Positions 13,801 to 25,794 of a stretch of 64,000 bases of DNA are shown one piece after another. The notes beneath the pieces were generated by a model. That model did not search any database. It was given only the letters and a program-made list of their open reading frames with translations, and was not told the origin of the DNA. Origin of the DNA: Rhodosorus marinus CCMP1338 (Eukaryota > Plantae > Rhodophyta); assembly GCA_029953675.1 (NCBI GenBank), contig JAMWBK010000003.1, positions 2,046,001-2,110,000 on the forward strand, given 5' to 3'. The position numbers and the translations under genes were made by a program. Position 1 is the stretch's first letter. Each line of letters opens with the position of its first letter.

Positions 13801-16800
13801 CTTTCCCGCTCTGTCAACAGTGACAAGGGCACCAGAGCCGCAATACGCGATCATGTTGAAATGCAGCTTATGCTGCCTGTGTGAACCTCCCATATCGGAC
13901 TTCTTGAACGAGATCGTACTAGCGCGGGTTGAAATTCTTGGCCCTGCCACGTCTTTTCGAGCTTCGACCACTCTAGGATTTCGCAGTGTCCACAACAGTT
14001 CCATCACAGCTGCATCGAAGAGGCGCCCTTCTGAGAACCCGTGAGAACCTCTCGCCGCAACCATCACGGATTTAGTATTCTCATCGTTAAGGAAAATGTC
14101 TCTGATCGATTCCACCGATGTCATCGAATCGAGGACCTCCTGCAATAGCATCGCAATTCGACTCTTCGTCGTGTCATCGTCGCTCCAAACGGTCTTGCAG
14201 TCCTTTAGTAGCACACTTCGCTGCTCGTCACTCATAGACTCGTCCGACGACGAGTTTTCATGAGAGGCGCTGCGAGGTTGGCCCGAAGCGCCTCCCTCAT
14301 CGGTTCGAACTTCATGCCTTGGGTGTAAAGCGAGGCACTGGTTGAAAGAAGTTCCGGCTCTTGACGAAGGATTGCTTGCGTCGCTTCCACCAGCCCCGCA
14401 ATCACAGAAGAACCGGGACGATCTAGAATATGATATTTCGTGATCCTATGGGTGTGCAATGCGTTAGCGACATCAAAAATTAATCAACCTGAACAAAAAG
14501 GTGATCCTGCTCCAGCGACTGAGCTCTGGAGGGTTAACACGTACTCTATGACAGACCAGAGCACAAACTCTGCAAATTCCTTCGCCGCATGTCATCCCAC
14601 AGGTGTAGCAATAGTACCAGTGCTGTTCGACGAACTGCCTCCCCGTCTCAGTGAATGTACAGCATTGCGAAGCTAGTCCAGCAGAGGAGTATTCGTCTTC
14701 TTCTTCATCATCAGTAGTACTCGCGTCTCCGTCCTCATCAGCATCACCAAGTTCCACAACTTCGCTATCAAGCGCAGGCATTTTCTCTTGGCTCTGATCG
14801 ATGCCCTCCACGGGAGTTTCCATGGCGGACGTATCCTTGAGGCCAAGGGCAGCATAGATCCGGCAAATTCTTTGAATTAAGACGCACGACTTGAGAGCTG
14901 CATCCAATACAAAAGGTCGAAAGTTTCTGTCATCCCAGAGTCGCTGGAGGAGTTCAAAATACATGCCGACCAGTTTCCTCACGAAATGTTCGTTTCCATT
15001 GCCAGCAGCGATCACGAGCCTAAATTCACAACATGTTCCTTACAGTGTTAGATGCTTTTCGCGGAGAAGAGTTCAAGGAGATTTGAAACCCTCCCCTATG
15101 TACTTTCGGTTCGATATTGAAGCCTTACACAATATCAATCGTATAAAGTAGGCTCACAGACGATGCTGAGGGATCCAAAGCACCCCGACGTAGCAAATTA
15201 AATATGAGGTCAACGCTTTCCGGATCCAAGTTTCCAATACTCTCGAAAATCGACACCATGCATTCAGCACCCGTCCGATGAGCGAGAACCTTAGACATGA
15301 TTCTAGGAAACACAGCATCATCTCTCGCAACATCGATCACTGTTTGCCGCACTGCTGCTGTCCATCCGGCGCCCGTAGTAGATGTCGTCATCAGCCTCCG
15401 GAGGGCACCAAGCATTCTTGCACCATCTTGGTCGGCTTCAGATTCCGCAACTTTCAAAAGGGTATCCTTGAGTGACCACCTCGGCACCAGCGTCCCAACA
15501 GCATCATCCTCGCCTCCGCCGAAAACTAACGTTGTAGCTCTCGCTTCAACTGCCGCCAACTCCGGACTTCTCCCGCTGTCTTCCAGAAACTGGAGCCAGC
15601 TTTGGGTTCCCAAGGGTGACTCGACGCACAGTCTAGCAACTGTTGCCATTCGATGACTCAAGAAAATAATGGGAATCGCTTCGTCCTTTTCCACTTCACT
15701 CCCTTTCCAGGCCCTTTTCGCAAGAACAACAAGTAGTTCGTGCACTTCAGAATCATGACCAACCTTCGCTGCCAGCGCAGCACTGTCTGAAATCACTTGC
15801 TCCCCGTGAACGTCGTCAGCAACACAAGTCGCTGCTTCAATGAGGACGAGCATAGTCATCTGCAAAGACGAATAGCCCTTGTCAAGTACCCCGCTCTCTA
15901 ACGCCATGAGGCAGCTCTCGTGAAAGGTCATTCGCGTTGACCGCTTGCGCTTGCGCAGAATCCGGTTGTCTGATTTCCAAACATTCGGGTACCGACCAAC
16001 TAGCGAGTCTAGAGTGGCGAGGATCTGGATAACAGCCTCTGGGTTAGCTCCAGGACGACCTTCGGCTGAATCAGTTCCCTTGATTAGTGACAGCGCGTTC
16101 GCCGTGATCCATATGCAGTCCTTGTGTAGGACATCTTTCCCGAGAGACTCCGCAGCTACTTCTGAAAGTCGTTCACTGTTGAGCTGAATAGTCCGTGTGC
16201 GCAAATTGTTCAAGCGACCGGAGAGTCCACCATGCACCTCAGGAACACTAGATGAACTACCGGGTTGTAGTCTCTCAAGAATCCGCCAGCAAACTTCTGT
16301 GAAGTTGGATATTGTCTCCGTATCATCCCTGTCATACGATGCTCCAATTCGCATGTCCCAGACTCGCGCCCATAGAACGTCGAGGAGAGTCTCCAAGCAG
16401 CTACTTGTGGGCCCAATTGCCGATACAAGCCGCTCTTCTGCATCACTTTTCTCATGCGATGTCATCAGACGTTGAAACTGTTGGGCGCCATCCTCCCCTC
16501 TGACAGAGCTCCGGAATACTTCATTCTCGATTTCGCTCTTGAGCAACATCGGGACACCGTCGTGGGAGAAGAAGCTCGTGCAGTAGTCCAAGATATTAAG
16601 TAGGTTGAGCATTGCGCGCAACTCGTTGTCTCGATTGGACGTGTCATGTAGAACCTTGACGGCCCGGTCGACAACGGCGGACAGTCTCCCCACGAATACT
16701 TTTCGTTGAGCTGGCAATTGCAGAGCGCTGAAGGCGTACGCAATCAAGAGCAGCGTTGCATATGTGATAGTCTGTTTCTTCTTGTTCTCAACGACTTTCT

Positions 16801-18945
16801 CAAGCTCATCGCTGAATCCCAGCAACAGGGTTGTAACGAAATCAGAAGAGCCACCGTTTTGCGTGGAACGCATTTCTTGCTCAGACTTCAGCACGAAGTA
16901 AGCAACGAAGAAGCTTTCATGACGAGCTCCGAGTGGGTCCTTTAACCCTCCTACGCCATCCTCTATAAAGGCGTTCAAAACGCTCGCGTGACATTGACTC
17001 ATGAGGTCAGGATTGTGCTGACCCCTTGGGGCCGACAGAAGAAGGGTTCGGAGTCTCGAAGATAGCACCGATCCCTGAGGCTGCGGAAGGTTTTCCAACG
17101 GAAGCAGCCTTGCAGTTCTCATTGTGGACGCGTAAAATTCGTACAAACCGCGAGTTGCTTCTCTAGGTACGAAATCAATGACCACAGTGAGGATTTGTAT
17201 GGAAAGGTTCACGATCTCGAGGTGGACGGGCTTGAGGGAACTTGATGTAGCTTTGGAGCCGCTACCACTCAGCTCCGAGGTTGCCAAGAACAAACTATCG
17301 TCGAAGGTATTTCCGAACATTTGCACTCCGGATTCCTCCGTCTCAGAAGCCTCGACAGGGGTGGGCGAGGACGGGGGAGCTCGTTCTTCAGCACGAGACG
17401 CGGCAGTCTCCATCACTGTGGAGAGAAGCCGGAGAAGAGTGTTACTTGACTCTTCGGACGATTGAGACTTGACCTGCAGGAACCTATTCATCATGCAGCG
17501 CAGTGGAACAGTAAGAGCGCTGGACACTTGTCTCAACTGCGTCCTCCTGGAAAGTAAGCAGACCACGTAATTCAAGGAGATCACGGGTGACGTACCTCTC
17601 ACACGTTCTCAAGACCTGTTCTGCTGTCGGGTGCAGGGGCAATAGCTCGGATGATATCTCTCTTGTACTGGACAGCTTGAGGGGCCTCGGAAATATATTC
17701 CGAGCAGCTTCAGAGACATCTTTGAGCGATATTCTGGCTCTCTCTGTGCCTATCAGTTGACTCGCAAGCTGTTCAGGTGACTGTAGAGACCTGGATCGAC
17801 TCGACTTTCGAAATCTGCTACGCGTATCATCAACTGGGCCGACAAGTCGCAACAGGAGCAGAAGCGATCTTTTGCAAGCAGCAGGAATCGGGTCGCTGCT
17901 AAAATATCCTTCCAGAGCATCAGTCATGCCGCAGAAAAGCGAGACACACACATTCGCGATTCCAAATTTGCAGCCCTCACAAAAGTCTTCTGCAGCAATC
18001 AGCCAGCTCTCCATGTCGATTGCCGGATACTTCGCGCACAACCTCCCAACCTTTTGACCAAGCGACACGAGGCATTTTGAAGTAAACTCCATGATGCTCC
18101 GCTCCTCTTCTGCTGTGCGCTTTCCCCTAGTTTTGGACTCGATAGCCACCTCGGCACCCATCAGAAGAAAGCGAATCGAGAGGCGAATCGCGGCTGTAGC
18201 CATATCCTCCTCTGCGTCATTGCACTTGTTCACCACCTCGGTTGCTAGGAAGCAGAAAATCTCTTCTGCTCGTATGTTCAACAGGAACGACATAAACGCA
18301 TACTCCGAGGCCGAGTTCTGCTTGTAGTGAGTTCCACTAAAGACGCTGGAAGATGATGTCGAAGCGCCATCTCTAGTAACGAATCTCTCAGGAGCCGTTC
18401 CCTGCCTATCCGAAGACGTAGTCGCCGCTCCTGGAAGCAATGTTCTCGTTTCTTCCATCCAAATTTCATCGTTTAAACGAACGAGATCTTCCAATTTCGA
18501 GCATACAGTGCCGAGATATCGCGAATCCAGCTCCGTACTCTCCCTCGCGAACAAAATGTAATCCAGCGCTTCCGCCAGAATCACAGAAGTTGCCGAAGCT
18601 CTGAGAACAGCCAATGCCGAAAGCTCGGAGGATGCTTCGCTGATTTCACCCTGCCGAACAACGCTCCTTATGTCGTCAAGAACGTCGGTCGTCCTCAACT
18701 CGGACAGGTGAGTAACTGTCTCATCACGCTTCCGTAGCTTCAATCCCAATGCACCGCCTTTCCTCAGGAAACTGAGCACTTTTTTTGCAAAATCATCTCC
18801 TAAAATGAGAAGAGACGGAAAAAGTTGAGCTCGCGTCATTTCACTTCCCAAGAAAAGGAAAACCTGCGAGAAACTCACCCGCATCGCTCCTTTGCGGTTT
18901 CCCTCGTGATCCAGAGCTCCCAAGGTACGGTACCAAGTATGACAT
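4803..18945 (-). CDS. UBR4: Giant E3/E4 ubiquitin ligase UBR4 / auxin transport protein BIG homolog, ~4,500 aa, about 7 exons
   Basis: UBR-box CTFTETGRQFVEQHWYYCYTCGMTCGEGICRVCALVCHR spliced to HEISYSRSSRFFCDCGAG; beta-propeller and DOC-like regions; Cys-rich CPRCSRTVSDRHGICRNCDENAYQCRQCRNINYENLDAFLC; UBL segment FTKSPTQEEFIRG...MRDVKNKICRDL; hemi-RING CLVCRDG...HLNAIHYSCH...EWEGSALRNSQTKCNNLFP. Inferred ATG at 18945, first intron 18878-18800. Confidence 0.96.
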
Positions 18946-19435
18946 CTTAATCACCAGCAGAAAAGACAGAAACAAAAACTCCGTTCAGACTCTTCCCGCA
19001 AAAAGCAGAGAACACCCAAAACCACCACTTGGATTCCAGAACTACTCACATATTTCCTTGAATACTCCATTCTACTTTATACACAGTTCAAATATACAGC
19101 GATCTGACTCTCTCCACTCAAGATCCTCCCTACTACCCCCCGCCCCTCAAACGCCGATCATCATCACCAACATATCCATCAAACGAAAAACCACATCCAC
19201 AAAACGTGCTCATCCACAAAACTCAGATTTTATACACACCGTCCTCAAACCACTCGACAATTCAAAAATTTACACATAATCCCTATATACTCAAAGAGTT
19301 GATACCATCTGCTCTCAACCACCAACCCACCTCCCCCACCCTCCCCTTTACCCTCCCCTCAAAAACTTCCATTCCCCTTCACCTCCACGTTTTAAGATAT
19401 TTTTCTCTCAATGCATCCAAAACCCTTGACAAGAG

Positions 19436-19625
19436 TTTTCCATCATCTCAGGACATAAAAATCTTTCAAAAACCAATTGATTTATCCTAGCCACCTTTCA
19501 GAATAGAAGTTTTCTATCAACCCTGTACAAAGTCTTTCAAAAACAAATTGATTTCCGCAGAACTTTCTATTGGAAGCTTTAAGAGCTGCTTTTCCATCAA
19601 ATCTCAAAACGTTTTAAAAAAATGA
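19436..19625. repeat. Degenerate ~71-80 bp tandem repeat, about 2.5 copies
   Basis: TCTTTCAAAAAC(C/A)AATTGATTT at 19462 and 19533; TTTTC(C/T)ATCA at 19436, 19510 and 19590. Confidence 0.5.
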
Positions 19626-19655
19626 AGGTGCCCGAAAGTCAAGCAGTTAAGGGAG

Positions 19656-20223
19656 CGAGGTTGTCCATGGACTGTCCAATATAGTCTATCGGACACGTCC
19701 GATAAATTTTCATTTGGATAGACTCTTCAAAAACAGTAGAAAATTATAGAGTGTCTGCTTTATATTCTTTAAAACAAGAGGTCCAAATATCCGTCCGATA
19801 AATCGTCCGATATTCAATCAACGTTAGTCTAATAATCAATCATCTCCGGACCAGTCTTTGAATCATGATTACTTCTTGGCGTGAGGCAGCTGTCTCTCCC
19901 ATCATGAATTATGATTACTTCTGAATCCATTAAACTGGTTTGCAGGGGAAGAAGGGCTTTTGGAGTAGACGATCAAGCGCTCGCGCCTTCCGAAAGTGAG
20001 TTTTAAATTATCGGACAGGGCAATCGGTTGTTATAGGACTATTTACGGCACGAAACCATAAATAGTAGCTTGTTATTTCTTTTCTATGCAGTCCCGATAA
20101 ACCTTATATCAAACACAGGAGTCCAATAGAAAATGTACATTATTATTTCAAAAGTAAAAAGTCCGATAAGTATTTATCGGACTTATCAGACGGTTTTTTT
20201 ATCGGACGGAGATGATAACCCTA
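19656..20223. mobile_element. Non-autonomous DNA transposon (MITE-like, hAT-like termini), copy E1
   Basis: Right end ATGATAACCCTA (20212-20223); degenerate left end CGAGGTTGTCCAT; about 8 subterminal TATCGGAC/GTCCGATA motifs. Both arms align with the arms of the 42093-42980 element in inverted orientation. No clean target-site duplication. Confidence 0.65.
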
Positions 20224-20386
20224 GTTTAGGCGTGTTTATTTGTGACGGTTAAAATCTAGAAGGCGGCACCGGTGAAGGGACAGGGGGTTTGTGGTGCTGT
20301 TTTGGGGAGATGTTTTGTTTTGTGTGTTGAGTTTGACTGGTTTTTTAACGACTTCGGCGCTGTGAGTGGTTTCTAATGATTTGATC

Positions 20387-20803
20387 ATGAAAGACGTAGT
20401 CAAATCAAAACCTCCCACTCGGGATGTTTGCCTTCAGTCAACAAGAACAGGCGTAAGGCAAGTCAAGCTAGTCGATGAGGAGTGCTGAGCAAGTTCATGC
20501 GGCAAGCTAGGCAAACAGCTTGACTTCAAAATTCATAGAGAAGCAGGGCTGAAGGGTTTATTTATGGCTCATTGGCGTAGGGTGGCACTCTTAGTCCAAG
20601 CGCCACGAATAAACATATCCGCTCACGGGCATTTAGAAGATCGATTGCTGGAAAAGATGCAAGCAGAAGCGCAGTTTTTCATGATGTCTCATGCGAAAGT
20701 CTGTATTTCACTTGCCCCAGCACTCAGATTAGTCATCCTTGCCGTTGAGCTTCGAAGACCAGATGTAAAACCTGACTTTACTCAAGTTCTAGTTTACGGT
20801 TAG
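20387..20803 (+). CDS. Possible small two-exon orphan gene (~116 aa)
   Basis: ATG at 20387; a phase-0 GTAAGG...CAG intron (20453-20518) joins in frame to ORF 20564-20803; G/T-rich leader upstream. No recognisable domain. Confidence 0.22.
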
Positions 20804-21306
20804 CACTACTCGCTCCATGGGCGTGACAGCTGCCGCAAGAACAAATACTGGCAAGAGAGAGACAATCGGAAAGATTGTCATTAAGGAAATCCACTAGGAA
20901 ATCCACTAGCCCTGTCTTCTATGATCCATAATCCTAAGTAAGGAACGAACGCAGATGCGCAGCAGCATGCTGCTCACTTACCCGCTGAAGTAGAGTGAGT
21001 GTTCATCTGCCAACTCTTCAATGAGATATGTCTTGCGTGTGAGACGTTGAGGGAAGACGTATGGACAAGCTGATGACGTTTTGGTTTCGAAGACAGTCGC
21101 ATTGAACGTGTCCATGTTTCGCTATCCAGTTACCCTTGACATAATCTTTGCGTGCTGGCGAAGGGGCAGGATCTAGATAAGAGGTGAAGAATCCAATGTT
21201 ATGGAGGAGGTTCTTGGTTGATGACCTGTGATCAAGCTGTGTTTTCAGCTGGGCTGAGGATCTCAGTGCCGGGCGAATTCGGCTCGTGGCAGACTTTGTA
21301 AGAGCA

Positions 21307-22460
21307 ATGAAGAGCTGCAGGGTAGTACTTGGAGTTATGCTTCACCTAGTCGCTTGCAACGCGGAGTTTTCCGAGAGCATCTGTCGGGAGCAAGCGGTCG
21401 GAAAACCTCTGTGTCCAGAACTCTTCCTTCTGGGCGTCCAAAAGAGCGCATCGACAGCGTTTTACTATTTCCTAGTAGAAAAGGCGGCCCTCGATATCAG
21501 GGTACCTAAGAAACTTGGAAGATCCCCACAACTTAGGAAGGAACCCCACTATTTCAACCACCTCTACGAGAAAGGGTTCGAGTGGTATATTAATGGCTAT
21601 GGGCTTCGAAAGAGCATGGACGAATTGGCGATAGATGCAAGTCCAGACTACACCGCGCATCCCCATTGTGCGCAGAGGATAAAGGATGCAATGAATTTCG
21701 AGAGACTGCGGTTCATCATTATTTTTCGAGAGCCTGTTGACCGAGCTTATTCATGGTACAGGCACTGCCACTCCGTAGGGCTCAAGTATCCAAATTATGA
21801 AGACGCGTTCCGAAGCTTTGACTATAAATTCTCGCTGATGGCGAAGTACGCGGCGGAGTTCATCCAAAACTGCGTCCAAATGTACTCAGAGCCCGAGCTC
21901 GTATTTCCAACTTGCGCTCATAGGAACTCACACTTTCTGTACGAAAAGTACTCTGTGCCGGTCGAAGAAACAGGGATGAATACGACTAGTTTTCAAGTCA
22001 TCGGGATGATTTTTACTGAAGGCCTCTACGGATATATCATGTCGCTCTGGTAAGCAAGCCGGTGGATATCCAGTGTGGAGAAAGTGAAGATGTCTGCGTC
22101 CATTTAGAGACTATTTTTGTTTTCAGGTTTGAATATTTTGAGCCACACCAGTTCTGCGTACTAATCTATGACAATCTAGTTGAAGACGCGAGAGCAGAGC
22201 TGGAGAGGATTCGGCCATGTCTAAATTTTTTTGGAAAGGAGCCTGTAATTGGTGAAGACGACGTACGACTGCCGACGGCGAATGTTAAAACTTGTGAAAA
22301 TTGTCCCCTGTACGAGGAATTGGACGAGGAGGCCATTGGACCCGTCCGAAAAAGACTCAACGAGAGACTTTACGCGAAATCTAACGAACTACTCCGATCG
22401 CTTCTGAAAGAGCACAACCTCAGGGATTCTATGATAGAATGGGAGAACAATTACAACTGA
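21307..22460 (+). CDS. PAPS-dependent sulfotransferase (heparan-sulfate 3-O/N-sulfotransferase-like fold) with N-terminal signal/anchor; 2 exons
   Basis: 5'-PSB PELFLLGVQKSAST; KEPHYFN...KGFEWY; DASPDY; 3'-PB FIIIFREPVDRAYSWY; intron GTAAGC...TTCAG between LW and FEYFEP. Confidence 0.9.
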
Positions 22461-22535
22461 AAAAAATGTACCCTTTTTTACCTCCATGACGCTGCGTTCT
22501 TTGCCAACTGTTCGGAGAGCACAAACCTCCTCCAG

Positions 22536-23544
22536 TTGGGATCTAAAGCTATTCTACCCGGACGCGGGACTTGCTCGGCATCTGGCTGCTTGAGAGGCGC
22601 TAGCCACCGCCGAACCCAGTACGGACTTCGAGGTCGACCGTCTCCAAAATTTCTGTGCTCGAAATGCGGATCGTGTTTGAAGCACACTTTGATGCTTCGG
22701 CCTCCTCTCTGCAAGGCATTCAGTAGAAATATCGATCAGCAAGTGCTGTGCGATTATGCTTACGGCAAAATCAAGTTCAATCATTAACGATATCTTGCAA
22801 TCATTACGGGAATATTGATTAGTTTCTTCATAGCGCTTGAAGTCTCGTGGCAGATTTTTGATGTTTGGGAAAGAGCAATGGCTGACCGAGAGGAGGTGCA
22901 TGAACGACTGCAGACACTGATATTCATCGCCACAGATGAACTGACGCTTAAGTACAGTTCTACCTCGATCCGAACTTACACATTCGAGGTGCCCCACGCA
23001 ATGCGTCAACCACGGCGTGTGTTAAAAGCGCAAATCACTCATAGTTATTCGGAAACCGTATCAGGGACGGATCAATGGAACCGACTAAACCCTTCTTCGA
23101 GACAACTTCTTGAATGGATTGCACCCGCGAGGTCAGACTGCACACCACAGGCATCATCAATAGCCTCTCACACTGCTGGTTGGTTTATCATCGGGTCCAT
23201 TCCTGTTAGTTCCCAGGCTAGCTTAACCCCCATCGTTTCCCAGAACGACCTCTGCAGGTAATTCTGCAGGCCCAGGCTCGTTCTTCTTGGTTGGACTTTC
23301 ATTCCTTAGAACTGGTCTGTGGCATCATCATCCAACAAGAACAATCGGCATTGTTTCAATTCCAGAGGACAACCCAAGCAGACTGGAAACGAAGTCAAGC
23401 AAAGAGAACGGGCCAACTGCTCTTCTTTTCAGGCCACAATTTCGGGATACTACCGATCACCAGCAAACGATTAGTTCTGTCTCGATCCCCAACGTCAAGG
23501 ATGTTGTTAGCTATGTTTGTTGCGGTGTTGATCGGGAGGATTGA
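22536..23544 (+). pseudogene. Candidate decayed or unannotated membrane-anchored protein gene between the sulfotransferase paralogs
   Basis: ORFs 22536-22787 and 22815-23261 share a frame and are separated by one TAA that is followed by hydrophobic RYLAIITGILISFFIALEVSW. A phase-2 GTAATT...CTTAG intron (~23258-23310) joins in frame to ORF 23287-23544. No recognisable domain. Confidence 0.28.
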
Positions 23545-23623
23545 CTAATGCTTTGGGAGGATGGATTGGGAAGGAGGACGAGAACAGGCTAGATGGAGGA
23601 GGTGACAGGTTGGAATCTGAAGG

Positions 23624-24813
23624 ATGAGTATCGGAAGATGCGTGTGGATCTTGCTTTTGTTGGCGGTCTGGGTGAGAGGTGAAGATAAATGTGACGCACA
23701 GGAAGTTGGAGAATGGATTTGTCCGGATTTGTTTCTCTTGGGATCAGAGTTGAGCGGGATCATGTACATTACAGAGGTTCTGGCGAGGAGCTTGGGAGAT
23801 CAGATTCGCCTTCCTGATGAAGGAGTTCGAGGGGAAACATGTGGAGGGAGATTGAGGTGCGAATATGGTACTCAGTACTTCAGTTGGCATCACCAGAAAG
23901 GACTAGCGTGGTATAAGGAATCGTACGGTACTCGAAATAGCACCGAGGAAGTTGGCCTGGAAGTGAATCCGCAATACCTAGCTATTCCTTCCGTTCCTTT
24001 TCGTATGCAGAGCGAGTTGCTCCCTTCGCGTCTAAGGTTTATTGTAGCGTTTCGAAATCCGGTGGCTCGGGCGCATGCCGCTTACAGGTCTAGCATCATT
24101 AGTATCGGGAGCAGTTCGTCTAGGATTCATGAGGCATACCTTGCGTTCGACTTCAAATTCTCGCTGATCGCCAGAACTGTCGGTGACTACGTGATGGGAT
24201 GCATTCATCTTCTGAGTCATCCGCAACATGTCTACAGAATGTGTGCTCACGAAAGCAAAATCGATCAGTACCGAAACTATCATGCCTCTGTTCCTGAAAC
24301 TGAAAAGGCAATAACAGACTTCCAGCTGATCGCAAGGCCGTTTACATCGGGGCTCTATGGATATATTATGATTCGCTGGTGAGCGGCGGCGGTCAATAAC
24401 AGTAGAGTCTGAGGAGCCTCCTGCAAGACTTGTTTGATAGACTATTCCTTGATTTCTTATCGTTGTCTTGCCCCCTTTTCATTTCCGGAAGGTTTGAATA
24501 TTTTGAGCCCGAACAGTTTTGCCCGCTGATGTACGAGAACCTCTTGGACGACTTTGAAGCGGAGATTATGAACTTGGAGCCATGCTTGGAGGCCTTTGGA
24601 GCAACTCTGAGGAAGGATCATTACGCAGAAGTGGATATTATCCCCGATCCTGAGGACTGTGCAGGATGCCAATACTTTGAGCAGCTCACCGAGGACGAGA
24701 TGGCGGAAGTTGGAGAACAACTCAACCAGAAGATTTTCGGAGCCTCCAACGACATCCTCAGTGAATTGATGGAAGCCAACTATAAAAGAGATGACATCGG
24801 CAAATGGAGTTAA
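23624..24813 (+). CDS. Sulfotransferase-like tandem paralog with degenerate catalytic and PAPS motifs (probable pseudoenzyme); 2 exons
   Basis: Colinear with the 21307 gene (CPDLFLLG, QKGLAWY, FRNPVARA, FDFKFSL, F..GLYGYIM, FEYFEP); same intron position; intact ORF with signal peptide. Confidence 0.88.
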
Positions 24814-25668
24814 GCGTATGCGGGACCAGACGCAATGGATCACCGATCTGGGCGTTCAGCTCTTGACGAAGGTAACCCTCGGCGTCATAGCAGCACCTGG
24901 AACATAGCACTTCAGGGTCACATTCACTGAGTAGGCGGCCGAAGTCTTTGTGGAATGCTGGTCGGGATTCCGAGCTGCATTATGCGGAAGCTGCAACAAT
25001 TCCTATGGCTGCTGTACAGCGACAACTCTCTGACTAGATGGGGTGAGGTTGGCGATATAAACTTCTCGCCAAAAACCCACGGGCAACGGCTCTCTGCACA
25101 ATACGCAAATTTGGCATCCAAAGATCCCCGACCAGACTCGCTTGAGATGCCTGGAAACGCAACCTGTGCAATTGACATGTGCTTGACCAAGCCAAGTGAG
25201 AATGGAGGTCCTTGTCCTCCTAGACGCAGGACTACATCGTCCGCAACTAGGAAACAACATTCGTCGTAGGTCTCGCTAGATCATATGCAGAACACAGAAC
25301 ACTCGTCTGCGCGTGAAACCATGAAGACCAAAAGCCGAGTCGTGAGCTCGCACATTGTGCCGTACAATGGAATAAATTGTCATGATTCGGACACAGGCCT
25401 CAAGACATCACCTGACCCTTTCGACCTTGGCCGACCGAGATCCATCTCTAGCGTGAGGCTCACGTGCTGGTCTTCAACATGCGCCTGGAGGCGTGTCAGG
25501 AACGGTGTGGAACCCGTGTTCCTCGTCCTAGGTTATATCGTCCTCGTAGAAATCTTAAGAACCTCTACGAGAAAGGCTTTGTTCGGAGAGTCTCGAAGCT
25601 ACGAGATTGTTGTATGAGAAAAAATCTGGCTTATGTGTTGCTAGTCGTCGAGGCGAAGTCGCGGGACT

Positions 25669-25776
25669 TTCGTCACCAGCATCGTCAATACTCTCTGTGC
25701 CTGACCATCATCATCCTTCTCCCCAAGCCGCTTCAATAACTCCAGTTCAGCACACCTACCTGCTCTTCACCAACTC
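25669..25776 (-). pseudogene. Inverted, decayed ~110 bp fragment of the adjacent RPC3 first exon
   Basis: 25760->25669 aligns to 26394-26485 with 19 mismatches in 92 nt by hand count (GRCAELELLKRLGEKDDDGQAQRVLTML vs GGCTERELVKRLEEKDGGGQVQRALMTL); a +1 frameshift lies just upstream. Confidence 0.78.
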
Positions 25777-25794
25777 TCTTGAAAGGATGGCGGT

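Noticed and set aside
4803-18945. Many 60-180 aa plus-strand ORFs over UBR4 (and similar overlaps on other genes)
   Set aside because: Antisense or alternate-frame shadows of well-supported coding exons.
20883-20908. 12-bp direct duplication AGGAAATCCACT x2
   Set aside because: A simple slippage duplication with no associated structure.
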